Shown here: piece after piece, positions 47,061 to 56,530 of the stretch
How the letters are laid out: the number at the start of each line of letters is the position of its first letter
Numbering within the stretch: the stretch's first letter is position 1
Origin: Candidatus Omnitrophota bacterium
GTDB lineage: Bacteria; Omnitrophota; Gorgyraeia; Gygaellales; Gygaellaceae
Direction: 5' to 3'
Assembly: GCA_018400015.1 (NCBI GenBank)
Contig: JAGYNB010000004.1
Location: forward strand, 7,186-71,185
Length of the DNA: 64,000 nt
Made by a program: the position numbers and the translations under genes
The notes under the pieces: model-generated
What the model saw: only the letters and a program-made list of their open reading frames with translations
What the model was told of the DNA's origin: nothing
Database searches by the model: none

Positions 47061-48044
47061 ATGATTAAAACTGTTACTTCATTTATAAAAAAACATTCTC
47101 TGATAAATAACAAAGACAAAATAATTATCGGTGTATCCGGAGGACCAGATTCAGTGTATCTACTGATTTTACTTGATTCTTTAAGAAAAAGTCTTTCTTT
47201 AGATCTTTTTGTTGCGCATGTTAATTATTCATTAAGGGCAGTTTCTGATAAAGATGCTTTGTTTGTCAGGCAGCTTTGTAAAGATTTTCAGGTTCCTTAT
47301 TATGAAAAGAAGCTAAAATGTACCAGACTTGGCAATTCATTAGAGCAGACCGCAAGAAATATTCGTTTTGATTATTTTTTGTCTTTGGCCAAGAGACTAA
47401 AAGCGAATAAGATTGCCTTAGGACATAATCTTGATGACCAGGCCGAAACAGTATTAATGAGGATTATTCGCGGTACCGGTCTTTATGGATTAAGCGCAAT
47501 TTTGCCAGATAGAAATTTCTCTAATGTGAGAGTTATTAGGCCGCTTCTTCTCATAAAAAAAAGTCAAATTATTAGTTATCTTATTAAGCATAAGATTAAG
47601 TATAGGCTTGATAAGACCAATAATCAGGAGTTATTTTTTAGAAATAAAATCCGCAATACTCTTTTGCCTTTATTGAAGGAATATAACCCCCGCATTGAAT
47701 ATGCTTTGATTAATTTATCCAATAATGCAAGTCTTGATTATGAATTAATCGATTCGTTTGCGCGCATTTCTTATAAAAGATTAGTAAAGAAAAAAACTGC
47801 CAACTGTTTATATTTTAAAACAGAGGATTTAATAAATATTCATGCAAGTTTATTGCGTATGATCGTTCGTTTTGCCTATCAAGATCTAAAAGGTGACCTA
47901 AGACGTTTTGATTATAGACATTTTGATGAAATAGAAGATCTGATCCTTTTAAGGCCGGATAATTCTATTGTTCATCTTCCTGCCAAAATCAGCGTACAAA
48001 AGCTTAAGAATAACCTTAAATTCTGCTTCAAGAAAGCTGTATAG
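47061..48044 (+). CDS. tilS: tRNA(Ile)-lysidine synthetase TilS
   Basis: PP-loop IIIGVSGGPDSVYLL and the HNLDDQAETVLMR motif. Confidence 0.8.
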   Translation: MIKTVTSFIKKHSLINNKDKIIIGVSGGPDSVYLLILLDSLRKSLSLDLFVAHVNYSLRAVSDKDALFVRQLCKDFQVPYYEKKLKCTRLGNSLEQTARNIRFDYFLSLAKRLKANKIALGHNLDDQAETVLMRIIRGTGLYGLSAILPDRNFSNVRVIRPLLLIKKSQIISYLIKHKIKYRLDKTNNQELFFRNKIRNTLLPLLKEYNPRIEYALINLSNNASLDYELIDSFARISYKRLVKKKTANCLYFKTEDLINIHASLLRMIVRFAYQDLKGDLRRFDYRHFDEIEDLILLRPDNSIVHLPAKISVQKLKNNLKFCFKKAV

Positions 48045-48060
48045 ACAAGAAAATAAACCC

Positions 48061-48088
48061 TTGATTTTATTAGCGGTTAGGATATAAT
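48061..48088 (+). promoter_or_regulatory. Candidate sigma70 promoter for ftsH (-35 TTGATT, 16 nt, -10 TATAAT)
   Basis: Hexamers at 48061-48066 and 48083-48088, then the RBS AAAGGAG and the ATG at 48122. Confidence 0.4.
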
Positions 48089-48121
48089 ACTATTTTGAAA
48101 TGTTATATAAAAAGGAGATAT

Positions 48122-50035
48122 ATGAATAATCAAGATTTTAAAGGAAAAAAGACTCCAAATAACAATAAAAAGAAGAATAATAATAGGCGTTGGAATACGG
48201 TTATTTGGGTTTTATTGGTTTTTGCGATCTTTTCACTCTTAAACTCGCAAAGCTTTAATGTTGCGGGAGTTGTGAAAGAATTGAAGTATTCTGAATTTTA
48301 TGCGCTTTTAGAGGAAAACTCCAGTTCAAGAAATATAGTGTCTTTATCCAAAACCGAGAATGTGTTATATGGAAGGTTTGCTGATGGTTCAAGATTTGTG
48401 GTTAATATTCCTGCAGAAGACAAAGATCTTATTCCATTGATAAGAAGTAATGTTGCTGAATTTGAGGTAAAGCCTCCAAGGACATTTTTGTTAAGTTTAT
48501 TATTTAATCTAGGTCCGATTTTATTATTGATTGGTTTTTGGTGGTTGATGGCTTCCAAAGGGGAGCAATTAGGCAATCGTATAATGGGTTTTGGTAAAGT
48601 CAGGTCGAAAAAGATTATTGAAAAAGGTGATGAGAAGGTAACTTTTAAGGATGTTGCTGGCGTGGACGAAGCAAAAGAAGAATTGCAGGAGGTAATAGAG
48701 TTTTTAAAAGATCCTATGAGGTTCCAGCGCTTGGGAGGTAAAATCCCTAAAGGTGTATTATTGGTGGGTCCTCCTGGATGCGGTAAAACTCTGATTGCCA
48801 AAGCAGTATCAGGTGAAGCCGGAGTGCCTTTTTTCAGTATAAGCGGATCTGATTTTGTAGAGATGTTTGTAGGTGTTGGAGCATCTCGTGTCAGGGATTT
48901 ATTCGATCAAGGTAGGCGTGCTGCCAAACTAAGTGGAAAAGGTGCAATTATATTTATTGATGAAATTGATGCTGTTGGCAGACTTCGTTTTTCCGGTATT
49001 GGAGGTGGCCATGACGAAAGAGAACAGACCCTTAATCAGCTCTTGGTGGAAATGGATGGATTTGATACTCAGATCGGTCTGATATTGGTTGCCGCTACGA
49101 ATAGACCGGATACCTTAGATCCAGCGCTTTTACGTCCCGGTAGGTTCGATAGGCATATCGTAGTAAATTTACCTGATATTTTAGGAAGAGAAGCTATTCT
49201 CAAAGTTCATTCAAGAAAAATAAAACTCGACACCAAAGTTGATTTTAAAATTATCGCCAGACAAACACCCGGTTTTTCAGGGGCAGATTTAGCAAATTTA
49301 TGTAATGAAGCTGCACTTTTGGCTGCGCGCAAAGATAAAGAGTCTGTTGGTCTTGTTGAGTTGGAAGCTGCGATTGAGCGTGTAATGATGGGACCAGAGA
49401 AAAAGTCACATGTAATGAGCAAGAAAGAAAAGGAAATTACTGCTTTTCATGAGTCAGGCCATGCGTTACTATCTTTATTGATTCCTGAAGTTGACCCGAT
49501 GAGGAAAGTTTCCATTATTCCTAGAGGTCTGGCCGGAGGCTACACTTTGACTCCGCCTGTTGAAGATAAACATTATTATAGCAAAAAAGAGTTGTTGGGT
49601 AGATTAACCGTCTCTTTGGGGGGTAGGGTTTCAGAAGAAATAACTTTTAAGGATGTTACTACTGGTGCTGCGAATGATTTGGAAAACGCAACCACTATTG
49701 CCAGGCGTATGGTTTGTGAGTTTGGTATGAGTGATGTACTTGGCAACGTTACACTTTCTTTAAAGCGGGGTCCGGTATTTTTAGGACGCGATTTGGCAGA
49801 AGAGAAAAACTACAGTAGCGACACGGCAAAAATTATTGATCAGGAAATCTCAAAGATCATTGATCAGTGTTATGATAGAGCCAAGAAGTTGCTCGAAGCC
49901 AATATCGATAAATTGAATAAATTGGCAGACACATTATTGGAAAAAGAGATTCTTGATAGCGACATCGTAAGAAAGTTATTGGATTTGCCAGAAGAAAAAA
50001 AACTTGAAACTAAAGAGTTGCCAGAAAAGAAATGA
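48122..50035 (+). CDS. ftsH: ATP-dependent zinc metalloprotease FtsH
   Basis: Two TM helices, AAA+ motifs ([14 protein letters not shown]), the SRH and the zinc motif HESGHAL. The ATG at 48122 behind the RBS is preferred over the TTG at 48095. Confidence 0.95.
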   Translation: MNNQDFKGKKTPNNNKKKNNNRRWNTVIWVLLVFAIFSLLNSQSFNVAGVVKELKYSEFYALLEENSSSRNIVSLSKTENVLYGRFADGSRFVVNIPAEDKDLIPLIRSNVAEFEVKPPRTFLLSLLFNLGPILLLIGFWWLMASKGEQLGNRIMGFGKVRSKKIIEKGDEKVTFKDVAGVDEAKEELQEVIEFLKDPMRFQRLGGKIPKGVLLVGPPGCGKTLIAKAVSGEAGVPFFSISGSDFVEMFVGVGASRVRDLFDQGRRAAKLSGKGAIIFIDEIDAVGRLRFSGIGGGHDEREQTLNQLLVEMDGFDTQIGLILVAATNRPDTLDPALLRPGRFDRHIVVNLPDILGREAILKVHSRKIKLDTKVDFKIIARQTPGFSGADLANLCNEAALLAARKDKESVGLVELEAAIERVMMGPEKKSHVMSKKEKEITAFHESGHALLSLLIPEVDPMRKVSIIPRGLAGGYTLTPPVEDKHYYSKKELLGRLTVSLGGRVSEEITFKDVTTGAANDLENATTIARRMVCEFGMSDVLGNVTLSLKRGPVFLGRDLAEEKNYSSDTAKIIDQEISKIIDQCYDRAKKLLEANIDKLNKLADTLLEKEILDSDIVRKLLDLPEEKKLETKELPEKK

Positions 50036-50934
50036 TTGCAGTTTTAGAAAATAATTGTAACAAGACCGATAGAGTCCGCAGGCTTAGAAAGAAAATCAGT
50101 CCTGTTTCTATAATGGGAATTGTAAATATGACCCCTGATTCATTTTCCGGAGATGGTTTGTTTAAGGGTGGTACGGGAAGTGATTTTAGTAATAGTATAG
50201 ATATTGCTGTAAAAAATACCGTTAATTTAGTAAAAGAAGGCGCTAATATAATTGATGTTGGAGGTGAATCTACAAGGCCGGGTTCGCGCCCGGTAAGCGT
50301 AAAAGAAGAAATTAAACGCACGGCTACTTTAATAGAAGAGCTTTCTAAGATTATAAGAGTACCAATTTCAATCGATACATATAAATCAAAAGTCGCCGAA
50401 ACAGCTTTAAAAAAAGGCGCAACTATCGTTAATGATATCTCTGCGATGAGGTTTGATAAGAAAATGGCAGATGTAGTAAGAAATTATTCTGCCAGGGTAA
50501 TTTTAATGCATACTAAAGGAAGGCCATCGGTTATGCAGAGAAATCCAGTTTATAAAGATGTGATAAGCGAAATAATACTTTTTTTAAGAAAGCGTATTGA
50601 TTATGCGGTTAAAAAGGGAATTGATGTCAAAAAAATTATTATAGATCCAGGTATAGGTTTTGGTAAAACCTTAGAACACAACCTTACGATTATTAGAAGC
50701 TTGGCGGAATTAAAGAAAATAGGTCGGCCGATAATCATTGGTACGTCGCGAAAGTCTTTTATCGGTAAGGTTCTTAATTTAAGACCTGACGAAAGGATTT
50801 TTGGCAGTATAACCAGTGTAATTTTAGCATGTATAAACGGGGCGAATATTGTCCGGGTGCATGATGTGCGCCAGACCCGCCAATCAATTCTTTTAATGGA
50901 AAGGATTTTAAACCGTGCAGACACTAATAGCTAA
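50032..50934 (+). CDS. folP: Dihydropteroate synthase
   Basis: IMGIVNMTPDSFSGDG and the pterin-binding TIM barrel. The true start may be an internal Met near 50113. Confidence 0.85.
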   Translation: MIAVLENNCNKTDRVRRLRKKISPVSIMGIVNMTPDSFSGDGLFKGGTGSDFSNSIDIAVKNTVNLVKEGANIIDVGGESTRPGSRPVSVKEEIKRTATLIEELSKIIRVPISIDTYKSKVAETALKKGATIVNDISAMRFDKKMADVVRNYSARVILMHTKGRPSVMQRNPVYKDVISEIILFLRKRIDYAVKKGIDVKKIIIDPGIGFGKTLEHNLTIIRSLAELKKIGRPIIIGTSRKSFIGKVLNLRPDERIFGSITSVILACINGANIVRVHDVRQTRQSILLMERILNRADTNS

Positions 50935-51706
50935 TATTCTTAGTTTCTGGAAGCCAGCTTTTGAAATTATAATTCTTTGGGTTATAATTTATAATATTCT
51001 TTTGTTTTTTACGGGTACACGAGCGTTCCAAGTCGTAAGAGGATTAGTAATTATTATTATTATATTTTTTATCGCTCAGCAGTTTCAGCTGCAGACTTTG
51101 GAGTGGATTCTAACTAAATTATTTGCTATTTCGGTTATTGCAATTTTGATTATATTTCAACCGGAGATTCGCCGCGGCCTGGCGCGTTTAGGTCAAAGGC
51201 AGCTTTTTTCAATCGGGCTGAGAGAAAAAGAGGTAATTGAGATTTTAGAAAGGATAGTTGACGCAGTTGATTCTCTGGCGCAGAAAAGAATCGGTTGTAT
51301 TATTGCTATAGAGCGTGAAGCAAATCTAAAAATTTATATTGATAGCGGTATTTCACTTGATTGTTTGGTGTCGTCAGAACTTATCCAGACTATTTTTACA
51401 CCTTCAACTATTCTTCATGATGGTGCGATGATTATTCAGGGCAATCGCATAGTGGCCTCTGGTTGTCTTTTGCCTCTGACTGAAAGAACAGATATTGCTG
51501 CACACTTTGGTACAAGACACAGGGCTGCATTGGGTTTAAGTGAAGAGACAGATGCTTTGGTTGTTGTTACTTCAGAAGAAACAGGCGGGATTTCATTAGC
51601 GATTAATGGCCGTTTGATTACGGGCCTAAAGAAAGATGATTTATTTAGGCGTTTGAAGACTCATGTAACGCATTTGCATATTTTAGGAGGCAATGTTGAA
51701 ATTTAA
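50915..51706 (+). CDS. cdaA: Diadenylate cyclase CdaA (membrane-anchored DAC domain)
   Basis: Three N-terminal TM helices, then the DAC motifs DGAMII...GTRHRAALGLSE... Confidence 0.85.
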   Translation: MQTLIANILSFWKPAFEIIILWVIIYNILLFFTGTRAFQVVRGLVIIIIIFFIAQQFQLQTLEWILTKLFAISVIAILIIFQPEIRRGLARLGQRQLFSIGLREKEVIEILERIVDAVDSLAQKRIGCIIAIEREANLKIYIDSGISLDCLVSSELIQTIFTPSTILHDGAMIIQGNRIVASGCLLPLTERTDIAAHFGTRHRAALGLSEETDALVVVTSEETGGISLAINGRLITGLKKDDLFRRLKTHVTHLHILGGNVEI

Positions 51707-51842
51707 ATTAGATAAGAAGAAAATAAAGAAAAACCTTAGTGCCTTTATCACAACCCACAAAGTTTTAAAGATAATTTCTTTAATTTTAGCAGCTATTCTT
51801 TGGGTTTACATAAGGCATGAGATAAATAAATATTCCTGGTAA
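51693..51842 (+). pseudogene. Truncated CdaR/YbbR-like remnant (49-codon ORF carrying only the N-terminal TM segment)
   Basis: MLKFKLDKKKIKKNLSAFITTHKVLKIISLILAAILWVYI resembles the N-terminus of YbbR-domain CdaR, which normally follows cdaA. The ORF stops after 49 codons, immediately before the pdxJ ATG. The AGGAGG-to-ATG spacing is short, so it may be a tiny membrane peptide rather than a decayed gene. Confidence 0.35.
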
Positions 51843-52559
51843 ATGAATCTAGGCGTTAATATTGATCATATCGCAAGTTTGAGACAATTAAGGAAATCAA
51901 CCCGGCCTGATTTACTTTCGGCAGCAAAAATTGTAAAACAATCAGGGGCGGATTCGATTGTTGTGCATCTGCGCGAAGATAGAAGACATATTCAAGATCG
52001 TGATTTGTGGGCCTTGAGAAAAAAAATTAATGTAAAACTAAATCTCGAGATGTCTATCGCAAAGGAGATTGTTGATATAGCTTTAAAAGTTTTGCCCGAT
52101 CAGGTTACATTAGTACCCGAAAAGAGGAAAGAGCTTACTACGGAAGGTGGCCTGGATGTAGTAAAAAATAAAAAAAGATTATCTTCGGTTATAAAGAAGC
52201 TGAAGAAAAAGAACATATTGGTGAGTTTATTTATTGATCCTGAAGAAAGGCAAATAAAGACTTCGTGTGCTTTAGGGGCTGATGCGATAGAATTACATAC
52301 AGGAAGTTATGCAAATAGTAAAACTGTAATGCAGAGAAAAAACAGTTTGAAGAAAATAAATCAAGCAGTTTTAATTGCCGAAAAATTAGGCTTAATTGTA
52401 AATGCAGGTCACGGTCTTGATTATGACAATGTTAAAGCTATTGTTAACATCAAAGGGATAAATGAGCTTAATATAGGCTATTCGATTATTATAGAAAGCG
52501 TTTTTGTCGGTTTATCAACTGCTGTAAAGAAGATGAAATCTTTGATAAAAATAAAATGA
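51843..52559 (+). CDS. pdxJ: Pyridoxine 5'-phosphate synthase
   Basis: LGVNIDHIASLRQLR...VHLREDRRHIQDRD. Confidence 0.9.
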   Translation: MNLGVNIDHIASLRQLRKSTRPDLLSAAKIVKQSGADSIVVHLREDRRHIQDRDLWALRKKINVKLNLEMSIAKEIVDIALKVLPDQVTLVPEKRKELTTEGGLDVVKNKKRLSSVIKKLKKKNILVSLFIDPEERQIKTSCALGADAIELHTGSYANSKTVMQRKNSLKKINQAVLIAEKLGLIVNAGHGLDYDNVKAIVNIKGINELNIGYSIIIESVFVGLSTAVKKMKSLIKIK

Positions 52560-52903
52560 TAATCGGTAATGGTATTGATATAATTGAGGTCGCGCGCATA
52601 AAGGATATGTTTCAGCGTTGGGGGAGAGATTTCTTGAAACGTATATTTACGGATAAGGAAATTGAGATTGTTGAAAAAAGAAATTATTCTTTTGAGCATA
52701 TTGCAGGAAGATTTGCCGCAAAAGAAGCGGTGATGAAGGCATTTAGCTTAAAGGGGCTGGGTTTTCATGATATTGAAATAGTCAATGACGATAGAGGAAA
52801 GCCTTGTTGCAGTATGAATTCAAATGATTTAAAAATTAATCTATCCATATCACATACGAGAGATTATGGTGTTGCCAGCGCGATTATCGAGAAGAAAGCT
52901 TAA
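52556..52903 (+). CDS. acpS: Holo-[acyl-carrier-protein] synthase
   Basis: GNGIDIIEV...FAAKEAVMKA. Confidence 0.85.
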   Translation: MIIGNGIDIIEVARIKDMFQRWGRDFLKRIFTDKEIEIVEKRNYSFEHIAGRFAAKEAVMKAFSLKGLGFHDIEIVNDDRGKPCCSMNSNDLKINLSISHTRDYGVASAIIEKKA

Positions 52904-53720
52904 GTCCCATAAGGGTGATTTTGGGAAAATTCTTATTCTAGCAGGTTCATTGAAATATGTTGGCGCGGCTTTACTTTGTGCAAAAGCTTGTTTACGTAGC
53001 GGTGCGGGTCTTGTAACATTAGGTATTCCCAAGTCTCTTTATACCATATACGCTAAAAGAGTGGAGGAGCTTATTCTTTTTCCTTTAGAGGAAACAAAAG
53101 GGAAATCTTTAAGCTTGGTCGCCTTTAGGCAGGTTAAGGATCTGTTTAGAAAAATTGATTGTTTGATTATTGGTCCAGGATTAAGCGATAACGAATCTAC
53201 TAAAAAGCTTATTCTTAAAATTATTTCAAGTTATAAAGGGCCAATGGTGATAGATGCTGATGCGATTAACGCATTGAAAGGCAAAAGTTCTTTATTGAGA
53301 AAACTTGATAATAAATGCGTATTGACTCCGCATGTGGCAGAATTGGCTAGGATTATAAAAGAAGATCCATTAGATATATCAAAATCAAGAAAAAAATTTG
53401 CAAATGAGTTTATCTTAAAATATAATGTAGTACTTGTGTTGAAAGGATACGGTACTATAGTGGCTGATAGAAATTCTTTTTATTTAAATAAGACTGGAAA
53501 TCCCGGCATGGCAACTGCAGGAAGCGGTGATGTTTTAAGCGGTATAATAGGTGCTTTTATCGGTCAAGGCCTGGATAGTTTCTCGGCTGCAAAATATGCA
53601 GTTTATATTCATGGTGTTTCAGGTGATATTGCGGCAAAGAAAAAAACACAGCTTGGTTTAATCGCATCAGATTTAATTGAAAATATTCCAGTTGCTTTGA
53701 AAACTTCTTTGCCGGCGTAG
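52866..53720 (+). CDS. nnrD: ADP-dependent NAD(P)H-hydrate dehydratase (YjeF C-terminal domain only)
   Basis: GDFGKILILAGS...GAALLCAKACLRSGAGLV and the C-terminal GSGDVLSG. Confidence 0.8.
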   Translation: MVLPARLSRRKLKSHKGDFGKILILAGSLKYVGAALLCAKACLRSGAGLVTLGIPKSLYTIYAKRVEELILFPLEETKGKSLSLVAFRQVKDLFRKIDCLIIGPGLSDNESTKKLILKIISSYKGPMVIDADAINALKGKSSLLRKLDNKCVLTPHVAELARIIKEDPLDISKSRKKFANEFILKYNVVLVLKGYGTIVADRNSFYLNKTGNPGMATAGSGDVLSGIIGAFIGQGLDSFSAAKYAVYIHGVSGDIAAKKKTQLGLIASDLIENIPVALKTSLPA

Positions 53721-53783
53721 CTCAGTTGGTAGAGCAGCGGTTTTGTAAACCGCGGGTCGGGGGTTCGAAACCCTTCGCCGGCT
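53711..53783 (+). tRNA. tRNA-Thr (anticodon UGU), CCA not encoded
   Basis: Cloverleaf with anticodon loop TTTGTAA. Its 5' end overlaps the last three codons and the stop of nnrD. Confidence 0.85.
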
Positions 53784-53797
53784 TAAATTGAAATTAC

Positions 53798-53880
53798 GGG
53801 TAGGTACCCAAGTGGCCAAAGGGGGCAGACTGTAAATCTGCTGCACTTGTGCTTCAGAGGTTCGAATCCTCTCCTGCCCA
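53798..53880 (+). tRNA. tRNA-Tyr (anticodon GUA), long variable arm, CCA not encoded
   Basis: Anticodon loop CTGTAAA, a 15-nt variable arm and a T-loop GGTTCGAATCC. Confidence 0.85.
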
Positions 53881-53888
53881 TGAATTTC

Positions 53889-53959
53889 GCGGGAGTAGTT
53901 CAATGGTAGAACAATAGCCTTCCAAGCTATATACGGGGGTTCGATTCCCCTCTCCCGCT
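53889..53959 (+). tRNA. tRNA-Gly (anticodon UCC), CCA not encoded
   Basis: Anticodon loop CTTCCAA, a short variable loop and a U73 discriminator. Confidence 0.85.
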
Positions 53960-53972
53960 AATAAGGGAAAAA

Positions 53973-54719
53973 ATGGAAAGAGAATTTCTAGAACCTGTTT
54001 TTATAGACGCTTTTGATTTAGATGATGCCTGGTTCCAGTGTCTTAATACGATTTTGGAAAAGGGGCATGTTTATACGATTACTAAAGGAAGCTATCAAGG
54101 GCAGCGGCGTTTAGAATTTGATTTAGCTACCATACGCGTAAAAAAGCCATCACATCAGATTATTCCAATCATACCTGAAGGAATGTCTATTCCATCGCCA
54201 ACCGATATGGATTATATTCAAGGATATCTAGCGTATCTATTGACCGGCAGTAAAACTGAAAGCGAAGATTATACTTATGGTGAGCGTTTAGTTGACCCTA
54301 AGATAAAGATAAAACAGAACGATTCTTCCAATATGGTTAAAGAAATGCCCTTAGAGGTAAATCAGGTAGAAGAGGTTATTAAATTATATAAAGAAAAAGG
54401 TCATGGCACTAACCAGGCAATAATGGAGATTGGTATGCCTTCAGATATAAAATTAGATGATCCGCCATGCCTGCGTTTAATTGATACGCGTATTCGTTAT
54501 GGTAAACTGCATTTTATATTATATTTTCGTTCTTGGGACCTTTGGGGAGGTTTTCCGTCCAATATGGGTGGTCTACAGCTTGTAAAACAGTACATGGCAG
54601 AGGAAATCGGCGTTGAAGACGGAGAGATGATCGCCTTAAGTAAAGGACTCCATCTTTATGAATATTCTTGGGAATTAGCCAAGACAAGGACTAAGAAAAC
54701 AGAACTTAATTTTGCCTGA
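53973..54719 (+). CDS. Thymidylate synthase family protein (short, archaeal-type ThyA-like)
   Basis: The C-terminal half aligns with ThyA: PPCLRL corresponds to the catalytic-Cys PCH region, RSWDLWGGFPSNMGGLQLV to RSCDVFLGLPFNIASYALL, and LSKGLHLYEY to GDTHLYSNH. Confidence 0.55.
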   Translation: MEREFLEPVFIDAFDLDDAWFQCLNTILEKGHVYTITKGSYQGQRRLEFDLATIRVKKPSHQIIPIIPEGMSIPSPTDMDYIQGYLAYLLTGSKTESEDYTYGERLVDPKIKIKQNDSSNMVKEMPLEVNQVEEVIKLYKEKGHGTNQAIMEIGMPSDIKLDDPPCLRLIDTRIRYGKLHFILYFRSWDLWGGFPSNMGGLQLVKQYMAEEIGVEDGEMIALSKGLHLYEYSWELAKTRTKKTELNFA

Positions 54720-55717
54720 TGAGCATAAATAAAATTACAATTTTAGGTGATGGTGGATGGGGAACTGCTTTGGCGATTTTGTTATCTCAGAAAGGCTATT
54801 CAGTAAGTCTTTGGAGTGTTTCTAAAACTTACGCAAAATTTCTAGACCAATTTAGAATAAATAAGAAGTTTCTGCCGGGAGTGAAAATTCCGAAAGCGAT
54901 TGAAATAACTTCTGAATTTGGTTGTTTAGAAAAAAGCGATTTGATTATTTTTGCTGTACCTTCATTGTATTTAAGGTCAGTTTTAAAGAAACTTAAAGAT
55001 AGAAAACTTAAGAGTAAGATTTTTGTTAGTGTTGTAAAGGGAATTGAGGCAGGTTCTTTAAAAAGGATGTCCGAGGTTATTGAGGATGAATTAGGAAAGG
55101 TAAAATTAGCTGTTCTTTCCGGACCGACAATTGCCTATGAGGTCGCACGTAATATTCCTACAACTGCAGTTGTTGCATCAAAAAACTTTAACCTAACAAA
55201 AACATTGCAGCATGTTTTTACGACAAATAGATTTCGTGTTTATACGCATCGTGATGTAATCGGAGTTGAATTAGGAGGAAGCCTAAAGAATGTTATTGCT
55301 ATTGCGTGTGGGATTTCAGATGGACTTGGATTTGGCACAAATACTAAATCGGCGATTTTAGTAAGAGGTCTTGTTGAAATTGTTAGGTTAGGTAAAGCGT
55401 TAGGCGCAAAAGAAAAGACTTTTACCGGAATTAGCGGTTTTGGCGATTTAGCAACAACTTGTATAAGTACGCATAGCCGCAATAGATTTGTAGGCGAGGC
55501 ATTAGGCAAAGGCAAGAATATAAAAAGTATTATTGAGAATATGGATATGATCGCAGAAGGAGTTTATACTGTAAAGTCAGCATGTTCTTTAGCAGAGAAA
55601 AATAATATCGAGATGCCCATTGCCAAACAGGTGTATAATGTTATATATAAACACAAAACTGCGTCAAAGGCAGTGGATGAGTTAATGAGCCGAAAAAAGA
55701 AGTCTGAATTTAGTTGA
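54719..55717 (+). CDS. gpsA: NAD(P)H-dependent glycerol-3-phosphate dehydrogenase
   Basis: ITILGDGGWGTALA Rossmann motif and the C-terminal GEALGKG motif. Confidence 0.9.
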   Translation: MSINKITILGDGGWGTALAILLSQKGYSVSLWSVSKTYAKFLDQFRINKKFLPGVKIPKAIEITSEFGCLEKSDLIIFAVPSLYLRSVLKKLKDRKLKSKIFVSVVKGIEAGSLKRMSEVIEDELGKVKLAVLSGPTIAYEVARNIPTTAVVASKNFNLTKTLQHVFTTNRFRVYTHRDVIGVELGGSLKNVIAIACGISDGLGFGTNTKSAILVRGLVEIVRLGKALGAKEKTFTGISGFGDLATTCISTHSRNRFVGEALGKGKNIKSIIENMDMIAEGVYTVKSACSLAEKNNIEMPIAKQVYNVIYKHKTASKAVDELMSRKKKSEFS

Positions 55718-55726
55718 TCGATAATT

Positions 55727-55805
55727 CGGGGGATGGCGCAGTTTGGCTTAGCGCGTTTGAATGGGGTTCAAAAGGCCGCGGGTTCAAGTCCCGCTCCCCC
55801 GACCA
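55727..55805 (+). tRNA. tRNA-Pro (anticodon GGG), CCA encoded
   Basis: C1:G72 closing pair typical of bacterial tRNA-Pro, anticodon loop ATGGGGT and an 11-nt D-loop. Confidence 0.8.
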
Positions 55806-55812
55806 AAAGTAA

Positions 55813-56181
55813 TTGTTTATGAATGAGGGATTCGAAAGAAGACAAACGCCAAGGACAAAAGGAAAATTTATAGTTTCCTTTAAACGCGCTGGAGGGGTTG
55901 ATTCCGAAATTGATGTATCACAAAGCAAGAATATCAGCGGCGGCGGCATGCTTCTTTCATCGAATAGAAGTTTTGATAAAGGTACGGTCCTTTCTTTAAA
56001 AGTAAGGTTGCCGTTTAAGAATGAGCCGATAAGTTTTAATGGCAAAGTTTTGGAGTCTCAAGAAATAGTCAAAGGGCTTCATTACGACATTAGGTTAGAA
56101 TTTATTGATATGAACGAAAGCCAAAAACAGTGTTTGGCCGATACGCTTAAGCATTATTTAAAAGGAAAAAATGATGTCTGA
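55813..56181 (+). CDS. PilZ domain protein (c-di-GMP receptor candidate), paralog 1
   Basis: RxxxR motif (RRQTPRTK) and the D/NxSxxG motif (DVSQSKNISGGGM). Confidence 0.7.
   Translation: MFMNEGFERRQTPRTKGKFIVSFKRAGGVDSEIDVSQSKNISGGGMLLSSNRSFDKGTVLSLKVRLPFKNEPISFNGKVLESQEIVKGLHYDIRLEFIDMNESQKQCLADTLKHYLKGKNDV
55906..55959. repeat. 54-nt near-identical (53/54) core shared by the two PilZ genes; second copy at 56258-56311
   Basis: gaaattgatgtatcacaaagcaagaatatc[a/g]gcggcggcggcatgcttctttca. The flanking sequence of the two genes has diverged far more. Confidence 0.9.
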
Positions 56182-56530
56182 TGAAGCAAAAAGAGAAACA
56201 CCCAGAGCACACGGAACATTTATTGTAACTTATAGAATTGCTTCTTTAGCTGATTCTGAAATTGATGTATCACAAAGCAAGAATATCGGCGGCGGCGGCA
56301 TGCTTCTTTCAACAAGTAAAAAACTTGAGCCAGGGGCTGTTCTTTCTTTGGAAGTGAGACTTCCTTCTGATAAGGATCCGATTCATTTCATGGGTGAAGT
56401 GTTAGATTCAAAAGAAGTAATCAAAGGACTCAGTTATGACACCCGTTTAAAATTTGTGAATATGGATGATAATCAAAAACAGATTCTTTTAAATACCCTT
56501 AACAATTATTTAAATACGGGGGATAAATGA
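56171..56530 (+). CDS. PilZ domain protein, paralog 2 (tandem duplicate)
   Basis: RETPRAHG and DVSQSKNIGGGGM. Overlaps the paralog 1 stop by 11 nt. Confidence 0.7.
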   Translation: MMSDEAKRETPRAHGTFIVTYRIASLADSEIDVSQSKNIGGGGMLLSTSKKLEPGAVLSLEVRLPSDKDPIHFMGEVLDSKEVIKGLSYDTRLKFVNMDDNQKQILLNTLNNYLNTGDK

